Assembly: GCA_021463645.1 (NCBI GenBank)
Contig: JAJTYI010000004.1
Coordinates: forward strand, 110,277-174,276
Direction: 5' to 3'
DNA from: a bacterium
GTDB lineage: Bacteria > Patescibacteriota > Dojkabacteria > B142 > OLB20
DNA: 64,000 nt
A program made the translations under genes and the position numbers. The notes beneath the pieces are model-generated. The model did not search any database and had not been told where the DNA came from. It saw only the letters and a program-made list of their open reading frames with translations. Below, piece after piece: positions 57,015 through 64,000 of this stretch (within the stretch, counting starts at the first letter, position 1; each line of letters begins with the position of its first letter).

Positions 57015-57392
57015 TTGCCAGATAAGTATATACCACTAAGTATCTTTATTGGATACAGGTCGTCAGTGTTCCTGAAATATATAGAAGATAAAGAGTTTGG
57101 CTTCGGAAGTTTAAAAAGACTTCGAACAGATGTAGGTTATATTGCACTTTCTCCCCAAACTCTATTAATCGGTTCAATTATGGCTATGTCAGACTTGAAG
57201 GCTAGGAATGGAAATCTGTATGTATTTGAATTAGAAAGATTGCACATTGTACGAAGACTCTCGAAGGCTCCAACTACTGTGTTTTCAAATGTTTTACATG
57301 ATTATTTAAATCCTACAAACCGTATTTATGAATGCACTAACTTACCCGATTTACGGAATGTTATGCTCGGAATAGTAAGTACTTGGAAATAA
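57015..57392 (+). CDS. Hypothetical protein, paralog 2 of a tandem pair (TTG start or frameshifted ATG start)
   Basis: 125 aa from TTG 57015. An ATG at 56992 directly after the upstream stop would be in frame if the T6 run at 57011-57016 were T7. Confidence 0.45.
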   Translation: MPDKYIPLSIFIGYRSSVFLKYIEDKEFGFGSLKRLRTDVGYIALSPQTLLIGSIMAMSDLKARNGNLYVFELERLHIVRRLSKAPTTVFSNVLHDYLNPTNRIYECTNLPDLRNVMLGIVSTWK

Positions 57393-57427
57393 TCTTAACT
57401 AAAAAGTGTTAATTAGTAATAAGTATA

Positions 57428-57456
57428 TTGACAGTTTAATTATCTTGACTTAAAAT
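57428..57456 (+). promoter_or_regulatory. Sigma70-type promoter TTGACA-N17-TAAAAT
   Basis: -35 at 57428-57433 and -10 at 57451-57456, 25 nt upstream of the padR-like ATG. Confidence 0.55.
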
Positions 57457-57481
57457 ACCTCGTATAGCGATATAGTCAAAA

Positions 57482-57817
57482 ATGAAATTATCCAAAGAAA
57501 TTATAAAAGGTTCACTTCCATTAGTAATTCTTGAGATTCTCTCTGATGGTGACGAATATGGATACAATCTATCTCAAGAAATAAGAAAACGATCGAATGA
57601 GTTACTGAAAGCAGGTGATGGGACTCTTTATCCTGCTATGTACAAATTAGAAAGTAAGAAATTGATTAAATCGTATTGGAACGAAGATTATTCTCCTAAA
57701 AGAAAATACTATCTCATCACGAAAGAAGGAAAATCATATCTGAAAGAACATAAAGAGGAGTGGAGAGAGTTTATTAAAATGTTACAAGAGAATTTTAAAT
57801 TTAGTGTGGCGCTATGA
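57482..57817 (+). CDS. PadR-family transcriptional regulator
   Basis: 111 aa. LPLVILEILSDGDEYGYNLSQEI...GTLYPAMYKLESKKLIKSYW is the PadR winged-helix pattern. Confidence 0.8.
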   Translation: MKLSKEIIKGSLPLVILEILSDGDEYGYNLSQEIRKRSNELLKAGDGTLYPAMYKLESKKLIKSYWNEDYSPKRKYYLITKEGKSYLKEHKEEWREFIKMLQENFKFSVAL

Positions 57818-58941
57818 ACAAAGAAGAATGGCTTGATTCACTAAATGAGAAGCTATGTCTACCTGATGAATACGGTAAAGAAATTGTGGCAGAGTTCGAG
57901 TCCCATCTTTATCAATCACAATATGACTCGAAGTTCGAATTAAAACAATTAGGTAATATTAATTTATTAATTAACCAAATTATGAAATCCAAAAAAATAA
58001 AGACTACCGATTATTTGAAATTGATCAGTACCTGGAAGTTGGTAGTCGTTTTAATTTCTGCTGTTGTAATACCGATATATATTACGATTTTTTATGTGAT
58101 TGTGTATGCATTGTCATATTTCTTTTATGCATATGAAGCGAACATGGTTAATCAAATTAAAGGAACTGACATTATCATGCTTACTTTCTTTTCAATAATA
58201 TTAATTATAATAAGTATCTTTGCACTGAAATTCTCAACTAAATTTATTAGTAAGTATAAGGACTATAAGCAAGTTGAATTGGCGTTTAGTATGACTTTCT
58301 TGCTTATACTCTTGTATTTTATTAATAACTCTGGCTTAAGTTTTTTCAACTTGATTTTCGCGGGAGATTTTCAATCATTAGCAAACCGCTTAATACTCAA
58401 TCTAGTAGGAATTACTTTCTGGCTTGTAGTCAGTTACTTGATAATTGTGATGAGTAGGGGAATAAAACTTAATCTGAATTTGTTTGGAATCCTCATTAGA
58501 ACTCTTTTCATTGTTTCTAGCGTAGTGATATTTTCCTATATGAAGGATCTTGGAACGAATAAAATTGGAAATAATTTAGCATCTCCATATATGGATTCTG
58601 TGGAATATATTTATGAGAATTTTAATAAATATCTTGCATATGAAGAAGGCTTTGATTATAAAAATGATCCCTATTTGGCGAAATTTGATATCGTTGCATT
58701 ATATTCTAATCAAGAATGTTGGGATATTGACGAAAGTACAGGGGGCTGTGAATATGCTACCGAGAAGGTATATATAATCGATGAGAGTTGTCAGGAATGG
58801 CATATTTCAAATGATTGTAATGTATTAAGTTTGTATGACGACTCTGATGGACTACGATATGATTTGAACTTAGAAAATGGTCTCTTCTGCTACGGTTCTA
58901 ATTCAGAGAATCAAAAAGGGTGTGGGTTGATTAATCTTTAA
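57814..58941 (+). CDS. Multi-pass membrane protein co-transcribed with PadR
   Basis: 375 aa. ATGA overlap with the PadR gene. N-terminal soluble helix bundle, about 6 TM helices and a Cys-containing C-terminal ectodomain. Confidence 0.55.
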   Translation: MNKEEWLDSLNEKLCLPDEYGKEIVAEFESHLYQSQYDSKFELKQLGNINLLINQIMKSKKIKTTDYLKLISTWKLVVVLISAVVIPIYITIFYVIVYALSYFFYAYEANMVNQIKGTDIIMLTFFSIILIIISIFALKFSTKFISKYKDYKQVELAFSMTFLLILLYFINNSGLSFFNLIFAGDFQSLANRLILNLVGITFWLVVSYLIIVMSRGIKLNLNLFGILIRTLFIVSSVVIFSYMKDLGTNKIGNNLASPYMDSVEYIYENFNKYLAYEEGFDYKNDPYLAKFDIVALYSNQECWDIDESTGGCEYATEKVYIIDESCQEWHISNDCNVLSLYDDSDGLRYDLNLENGLFCYGSNSENQKGCGLINL

Positions 58942-59452
58942 AGATTAACTCCATCAGAACCAAATCATAAAATTGTCCATCAATAAAAAGCTCTTTGTGT
59001 AATTCGCCGACTTTTTCGAAGCCGACACTTTCGTAGAGATTTATAGCTTTGTAGTTTTTGCTTACAACATCCAGCTTTATTTTCTTAAATTGAGAAAATG
59101 CCTTCAACTCTTCAATAGCTTTTAATACTAATTCCTTACCAATTCCTTGTCTTTGGTAGTCCGGATTCACAAACATCCCTACCAAATTAGCAACGTGTTT
59201 AGTCTTGATTCGGTTGCTCCATATTACTGTAACGGATCCCACTATCCTATTTTCAATAAATGCACACAGCATAATTGACTCTTTGTTCTCTAGGGAGGAT
59301 TTAATATAACTCATCCATTTCTCGTCAACATCATTCAGACTTTCCTCGTAGCTTGTTGCGAAGGCAAGAGGGAAAATTTTTAGACTTTCGAGTCTGAGGG
59401 CTTTATATTGCTCCCATTCTTCAATTTTTGGTTTGCGGATTTCTAATGCCAT
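58931..59452 (-). CDS. GNAT-family N-acetyltransferase
   Basis: 173 aa. Acetyl-CoA motif YQRQGIGKELV (Q/R-x-x-G-x-G/A). Confidence 0.8.
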   Translation of the reverse strand: MALEIRKPKIEEWEQYKALRLESLKIFPLAFATSYEESLNDVDEKWMSYIKSSLENKESIMLCAFIENRIVGSVTVIWSNRIKTKHVANLVGMFVNPDYQRQGIGKELVLKAIEELKAFSQFKKIKLDVVSKNYKAINLYESVGFEKVGELHKELFIDGQFYDLVLMELIFKD

Positions 59453-59453
59453 T

Positions 59454-60362
59454 TTATAGTTCTATTAAAATTATTCCTGTTGCAACAACAATTATACCTA
59501 AAACTTTTTGGAATACATCAACTTTGCTGAATTTCTCTTCACTTACTTTGGGAAGAAATTTCGCTATGAATACAGCAATAAGAAAGACAAAAATAGCGTT
59601 TATGCTATTTGTTACCTGAACCAGGGCCAAAGGTGCCAACATTGTCGCATATCGGAACAGAATCGTTGCTGACATCTGCATATGTTCATTTGGTAGATTA
59701 TAAGAGAATACTTTCTTGGGATCTTTTTTTATGGCATTGATAAATTGTTTTCTATATTTCGGAACAGTAAGGATTAATACTATACCGGTAAGCATTGCAC
59801 CGAAAATTTCAAAGAATACTGCCGACCAGAAGTCAAAATTTATTGCAAACAATTTAAAAATTAAAGAGGATGCTGAGAAAAGTATGACGGCACCAAACAT
59901 CAAGGTAAGAACCTTCTTTTTGACTCTGAATTTTCCATTCTCAATATGCATCATAGTTAATAAGCCACCGGAAAGTACAATTATTGCTCCTAAAGTTTGT
60001 TGAAAGTTTAGGATTTCTCCAAGAAAAATGACTCCCAAAAAATATGTTGTTGGTGCAGAGAGTTGCCATAAAACACTAATTTTTGTGGTTTCTTCAATAC
60101 GTAATGCATACAAATATAGCAATGCTCCAATAACATAAAATGCCCCAATACTAGTCACTAATAGGGCTTGATTGAGTGGTGTTGATAAAATTTGTGGATT
60201 GAAGAGTAGAATAATTGGTAAAAATATTGCATTTACCATCGATGTGAAAATCATCATTGCTCCGACACCACCTTTGAAAAATTTACCAAGTAGATATTTA
60301 TCAAGATGATTGACTACTGCGTAAAGGAATTGAGAAGATAGTGCGAAAAACAACCAGTTCAT
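59454..60362 (-). CDS. EamA/DMT-family transporter
   Basis: 302 aa with about 10 TM helices and a two-repeat architecture typical of EamA. Confidence 0.65.
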   Translation of the reverse strand: MNWLFFALSSQFLYAVVNHLDKYLLGKFFKGGVGAMMIFTSMVNAIFLPIILLFNPQILSTPLNQALLVTSIGAFYVIGALLYLYALRIEETTKISVLWQLSAPTTYFLGVIFLGEILNFQQTLGAIIVLSGGLLTMMHIENGKFRVKKKVLTLMFGAVILFSASSLIFKLFAINFDFWSAVFFEIFGAMLTGIVLILTVPKYRKQFINAIKKDPKKVFSYNLPNEHMQMSATILFRYATMLAPLALVQVTNSINAIFVFLIAVFIAKFLPKVSEEKFSKVDVFQKVLGIIVVATGIILIEL

Positions 60363-60363
60363 A

Positions 60364-60837
60364 TTAGAAAACCTTATTAAAAATTTCAGTGGAAAGCATT
60401 ATTACTCCTGTAACGGTTCCAATTAATGCTAGACCGGATGCAGTTTTTAGATATACGCTTTTTTGTTTAACTGTAGATGTAGTTCTATTAAAAATTAGCT
60501 TTAAATTGTTTAAAACAATCGCATATGATATTCCAAATAAAAGTGACATCACCAAGAATAGTATCATTTCGATTGCTCCAGAGACGGATAATGCTCCAAT
60601 AAGTAAAGTTATAAGTGCGTAGAGTAGAATTATCAAATAAGACGAAGCCAGATAGATTAAAGTTAAAATTCCATCTTCTTGCGATTGGTTGTTTTGTTGA
60701 ACAAGAACAACAATCACAAATAATAAAATTGGAAGGAGGTAAACCGAAAAAAAGATAGCGGCAAATCTAGGTATCGGTCGAAAAAGGGAAAGCAATTTAT
60801 TTGTGTAGATTACTGGAGTTGAAGGTGCATGTGACAT
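60364..60837 (-). CDS. Integral membrane protein, unknown function
   Basis: 157 aa with 4 hydrophobic helices. Confidence 0.5.
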   Translation of the reverse strand: MSHAPSTPVIYTNKLLSLFRPIPRFAAIFFSVYLLPILLFVIVVLVQQNNQSQEDGILTLIYLASSYLIILLYALITLLIGALSVSGAIEMILFLVMSLLFGISYAIVLNNLKLIFNRTTSTVKQKSVYLKTASGLALIGTVTGVIMLSTEIFNKVF

Positions 60838-60847
60838 CTATTGTTGT

Positions 60848-61177
60848 CTAAGATATTATCCAGCTGTATTTTCTCATATTAATCTTGTAATTCATACTTA
60901 CTTCTATGCCTTCACTCTCGAGTTTCTCTTTTTGTACCACTTTGTCAATTCCGCCAATATTTTGATTAATTGAAATTCGACCTGATTTACTTATAACCCG
61001 CCACCAGGGTATTTCATTTTCTTCAATCGTAAGTGAGCGAAGAATTCCCCCAACGACTCTAGCGGCATTTGGGCTCCCAGCTAGTGTCGCAACAGTTCCA
61101 TAATTAGTTACTGTTCCTTTTGGGATTGATGAAACAATATTTAGGACGTTTTTGCGAAATTCTGAATTGGTTTTCAT
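60848..61177 (-). CDS. Alkyltransferase-like (ATL) protein: MGMT DNA-binding domain with Trp in place of the acceptor Cys
   Basis: Likely start is Met17 of the track ORF (61177). The upstream 16 codons translate a palindromic repeat. IPKGTVTNYGTVATLAGSPNAARVVGGIL...IPWWRVISKSGRIS compares with the MGMT consensus IPCHRVV. Confidence 0.65.
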   Translation of the reverse strand: MKTNSEFRKNVLNIVSSIPKGTVTNYGTVATLAGSPNAARVVGGILRSLTIEENEIPWWRVISKSGRISINQNIGGIDKVVQKEKLESEGIEVSMNYKINMRKYSWIIS

Positions 61178-61194
61178 TTTGTTGGATAAGAATA

Positions 61195-61217
61195 GACTCC
61201 TGCCTTCGCAGGAGTGA
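61195..61217. repeat. GC-rich hairpin element, copy 1 (ACTCCTGC-CTTC-GCAGGAGT)
   Basis: 8-bp perfect stem at 61196-61215. Reverse complement of the copy at 61269-61291. Confidence 0.85.
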
Positions 61218-61268
61218 AAATGCAAGGATAGTTAATATTAGGTCGGCAACTAATCCATTGATTAGCTG

Positions 61269-61291
61269 TCACTCCTGCGAAGGCAGGAGTC
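61269..61291. repeat. GC-rich hairpin element, copy 2 (ACTCCTGC-GAAG-GCAGGAGT)
   Basis: 8-bp perfect stem at 61271-61290. In inverted orientation relative to copy 1, 51 bp away. Confidence 0.85.
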
Positions 61292-61315
61292 CATTCACTT
61301 GACCTCTTTATTGAA

Positions 61316-61615
61316 TTAAATCTTACTAATCATATCTTCATCCATATTCGCCTGTTTCAATCTCTTGATTGTATTTTTAATCCCCATCAAATGGTCATCG
61401 TGGATTGTTTTATACACATCCAATTTCTCGATATTTTCAACTAGGAGTGATGCAAAACGATCAACTGCCTCTTCGAAATATCTTTTTGATGGCTCATCTA
61501 AGTCAGCGACTCGATCGTGGGTGAAAATGAATGTATAGTGTGGATTGTCCTCTCCAAAAACTAATGTGTTCTTTGGTGTTGGTTCTGGTCTATCAGGGAA
61601 ATGTACTTTTGACAT
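61316..61615 (-). CDS. Hypothetical protein
   Basis: 99-aa ORF with no motif. Confidence 0.45.
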   Translation of the reverse strand: MSKVHFPDRPEPTPKNTLVFGEDNPHYTFIFTHDRVADLDEPSKRYFEEAVDRFASLLVENIEKLDVYKTIHDDHLMGIKNTIKRLKQANMDEDMISKI

Positions 61616-61639
61616 TGGTGTTTGTGTTAAAAAATAGAA

Positions 61640-62215
61640 TTAATTTAAAAATAAAAATGTGACTATGAAATATACAATAAAAGGAACAGAAGCCCCGAGA
61701 ATTACTTGTAAAAGTGTGTGTTTTTTAAGAACTAGCCGTGTCCAAGCGATTAGTGGTACTAGTAAAAACAGCGGCCAGTAAATCCAACCTGCTATGTGAT
61801 TTAGAAGTATCATCAAAGATGTATTTAGTGCTGTATGAAAACTTATTCGATAAAACACATTAATTATAGTAAGTGTGATTGTGATACTTAATGATAATAC
61901 CAATAGTTCAATAATGAACCAGCTTATGTTTAGGCGGATGAAAATTAACGAAATTAATAACCAACCAGACAATATTGCTAGTAAAAATATTGTCCGATTT
62001 GTTCGATCTTTTTTATCTAGGTCTAGTTTTTTCTTAAGATAAAATGCTGAACCAAATGTTTGTATGAAAAGTGTACCTGTGTATAAGATGTCTACGTCTT
62101 GAATTGAATATCTTCTAATTACAGTTATAAAGATAACGAGCAATAGAGTAATTAACCATGGATAGGATACAGCATAGTTTGTCAGTTTTTCGATTTTTTT
62201 GATATGTCTATTCAT
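61640..62215 (-). CDS. Membrane protein, divergent PAP2-like
   Basis: 191 aa with about 6 TM helices. SFHTA (resembles PSGH) and TRLVLKKHTLLQVILGA (resembles SR-x5-H-x3-D with D replaced by Q). Tentative. Confidence 0.35.
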   Translation of the reverse strand: MNRHIKKIEKLTNYAVSYPWLITLLLVIFITVIRRYSIQDVDILYTGTLFIQTFGSAFYLKKKLDLDKKDRTNRTIFLLAILSGWLLISLIFIRLNISWFIIELLVLSLSITITLTIINVFYRISFHTALNTSLMILLNHIAGWIYWPLFLLVPLIAWTRLVLKKHTLLQVILGASVPFIVYFIVTFLFLN

Positions 62216-62583
62216 TCTATAGTTCCAATCATTTTGACTTTAGGAGAAGTCGTTAATATTGAGATTCCGTGAGGAGATTCATCCATTGCTTGAGTTAAAT
62301 CTCTCCCACAACTTGCTTGTCCTTCTGATTCCGTGTGAATTCCGTCAACCCACTTATCTGACTCTCTAATTTCATGTACACGACCAGATACTGCTACGTA
62401 ACAATCGTTGCCTGATTTGCCATCATATTCAGAAAGTTCTGTAGTAGTGAATGTTATTTGTTTATCGGTTTGGGTTTTTTCATTAGATGTGGATTCGTCT
62501 TCTACGGAGGAACATCCCACCGCAAATAAAGTAATAGTAAAAAGAATTATTAATTTTTTCATATTCTTAAATAATAAAGACAT
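62212..62583 (-). CDS. Lipoprotein with cytochrome b5-like heme/steroid-binding domain
   Basis: 123 aa. Lipobox LFAVGCSS. TTTELSEYDGKSGNDCYVAVSGRVHEI...W..G.H matches the bacterial cyt-b5-like domain pattern. Confidence 0.6.
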   Translation of the reverse strand: MSLLFKNMKKLIILFTITLFAVGCSSVEDESTSNEKTQTDKQITFTTTELSEYDGKSGNDCYVAVSGRVHEIRESDKWVDGIHTESEGQASCGRDLTQAMDESPHGISILTTSPKVKMIGTIE

Positions 62584-62699
62584 ATATTAGCAGAGAATGA
62601 ATTTCACAGTAAAATTAACAAAAACTATTGACATTATGTTTCAACTATATTTATATTCATATCTATAATAAATTACTGCCTATTTCTTATAGAACAAAA

Positions 62700-62840
62700 A
62701 TGAGTGACGATTATTATCAAGATGATTATGATGGAGATGAAGAAGTAACCCTATTTCCAGATGAGGATGAGGTGGATTTTGAGAATGAATTCGCCGAATT
62801 TACACTACCAGACGATAACGATAGTTCTATTGACCTCTAA
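62700..62840 (+). CDS. Small highly acidic protein
   Basis: 46 aa from the ATG at 62700 (MSDDYYQDDYDGDEEVTLFPDEDEVDFENEF...). Low complexity. Confidence 0.3.
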   Translation: MSDDYYQDDYDGDEEVTLFPDEDEVDFENEFAEFTLPDDNDSSIDL

Positions 62841-62935
62841 ACCAAAATTCCTGTCTTTTTGGGGTTTAATTTCAATTATTGGATGAATATAATATATAAT
62901 CTCTGTTGTAGAGAGTATTATTATCCTGATTTTTT

Positions 62936-63229
62936 ATGACCAAAATTGATAACGAGACTACAAAATCCGTCGCTGATTTAATTAAAATTCACATTGACGA
63001 GGAGCAAATTCCCCTTTATAGCGAAAATCTTAACACAGCGATTGATGCGGTGAATACATTCTCTGATTTAGATACAAAAGATGTCCCAATTACATCCCAA
63101 ACTGTAGGCACTGAAAATATTATGAGGGATGATATTGTTGAGGAAGGATTTAGTCAGGAAGAAGCATTAACCAATGCACATCAGACCAAAAATGGATATT
63201 TTCTAGTAAGAAAAGTCTTTAATGATTAA
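62936..63229 (+). CDS. gatC: Asp/Glu-tRNA(Asn/Gln) amidotransferase subunit C
   Basis: 97 aa. VADLIKIHIDEEQIPLYSENLNTAIDAVNTFSDLDTKDV is the GatC pattern. ATGATTAA overlap with gatA. Confidence 0.8.
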   Translation: MTKIDNETTKSVADLIKIHIDEEQIPLYSENLNTAIDAVNTFSDLDTKDVPITSQTVGTENIMRDDIVEEGFSQEEALTNAHQTKNGYFLVRKVFND

Positions 63230-64000
63230 AAATAAAAAACTCACAATAAAACAAGTGCGGAAAGACTTTGCAAACAAGAAGTATACTCCTGAAGAATTGT
63301 TGGCAGATACCATCAAAACAATAGAAACACACGATTCGAAATACCATGCCTTTGTAAGTACAACATTTGATGAAGCTCGAGATGCTCTCCAATCCGATGA
63401 AAAAAAATCACTTTGGGGAATTCCTTCTGCTCTGAAAGACAATTTTAATTGGATAGGCACCAAAACAACCGCTTCATCGAACATATTGAAAAATTATATT
63501 TCTCCTTACAACGCAACTGTTACACAGCGATTATTAGATAACTCTGCATGCATCCTTGGAAAAACAAATATGGATGCATTTGCACATGGTTCAAGTACCG
63601 AGTCTTCTGACTTTTTTACAACATTAAATCCATTTGATGACACAAGAGTAGCAGGAGGTTCTAGCGGAGGTTCTGCGACCGCTGTAGGCTTAAATATGAG
63701 TGTGTATTCTATAGGCTCAGAGACTGCTGGTTCAGTTAGAGGTCCGGCGTCCTGGTGTGGCTTGGTTGGTTTTGCTCCAACTTTTGGGAGAATTAGTAGA
63801 TATGGGGTCATTGCTATGGGTTCGTCCCTTGATCGACCAGGAGTTATGACAAATTCGGTAGAAGATGTTGCAATTCTACACAAAATATTATCAGGCCAGG
63901 ATAAATATGATGCCACTTCTATTCAAGAACCTCCTCAGGATTTGACGAATGAACTTGAAAATCATAAAAGGAATCTAAAAATTGGATTACCAAAACAATA
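63222..64000 (+). CDS. gatA: Asp/Glu-tRNA(Asn/Gln) amidotransferase subunit A (5' part; continues beyond window end)
   Basis: Not in the track because it runs off the edge. Manual translation from ATG 63222 gives MIKNKKLTIKQVRKDF...WGIPSALKDNF...GKTNMDAFAHGSSTE...AGGSSGGSATAVG...SIGSETAGSVRGPAS (amidase signature). Confidence 0.9.
   Translation, partial: MIKNKKLTIKQVRKDFANKKYTPEELLADTIKTIETHDSKYHAFVSTTFDEARDALQSDEKKSLWGIPSALKDNFNWIGTKTTASSNILKNYISPYNATVTQRLLDNSACILGKTNMDAFAHGSSTESSDFFTTLNPFDDTRVAGGSSGGSATAVGLNMSVYSIGSETAGSVRGPASWCGLVGFAPTFGRISRYGVIAMGSSLDRPGVMTNSVEDVAILHKILSGQDKYDATSIQEPPQDLTNELENHKRNLKIGLPKQ

Noticed and set aside
63203-63916. Minus-strand ORFs 63203-63484 and 63506-63916
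   Set aside because: Antisense to gatA, whose + frame carries the amidase signature GGSSGGSATAVG.

Overview
AT-rich, gene-dense bacterial window that reads cleanly with the standard code (TGA is used as a stop). The gene content is many small or orphan proteins, gatCA, a pared-down F-type ATP synthase and few biosynthetic genes. This suggests a reduced-genome, CPR/Patescibacteria-like organism, but that is inference only. Layout: 1-3.5 kb is a GT4 / glycoside-hydrolase-like / GT4 sugar module. 4-11.5 kb holds small enzymes plus a 1014-aa phosphoribosyltransferase-TrpF fusion. 12.2-33.4 kb is a tandem array of genomic islands accreted at the 3' end of tRNA-His, delimited by repeated att-like modules: seven copies of the core TGGGGTGG, three copies of a structured 72-nt unit, a 141-bp direct repeat and a near-duplicate tRNA-His. 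Only one island keeps an intact large serine recombinase. Island cargo includes NERD and PD-(D/E)XK nuclease-like genes and a four-gene unknown/kinase-like/CYTH/NDK-like operon. It also includes HigB with a HigA-M78 fusion, a HEPN-motif protein, a secreted SNase, and an ATP-grasp gene beside a three-gene operon of unknowns. 33.4-34 kb has a GIY-YIG gene wedged against tRNA-His, with duplicated tRNA 5' fragments and GC-rich palindromes. 34-37.3 kb is a run of orphan small genes, each with its own TATAAT. 37.4-43.1 kb is atpBEFAGDC with no delta subunit gene. 43-54 kb is mixed (cupin, IMPase, PT-rich disordered protein, CapA, HExxH lipoprotein). 54.1-56.6 kb is a znuABC-like transporter followed by two paralogous unknowns. 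57.5-62.6 kb holds PadR, GNAT, EamA and an alkyltransferase-like protein. 62.9-64 kb is gatC-gatA. No rRNA or CRISPR array was seen. All family calls rest on motifs recognised by eye, not on searches.
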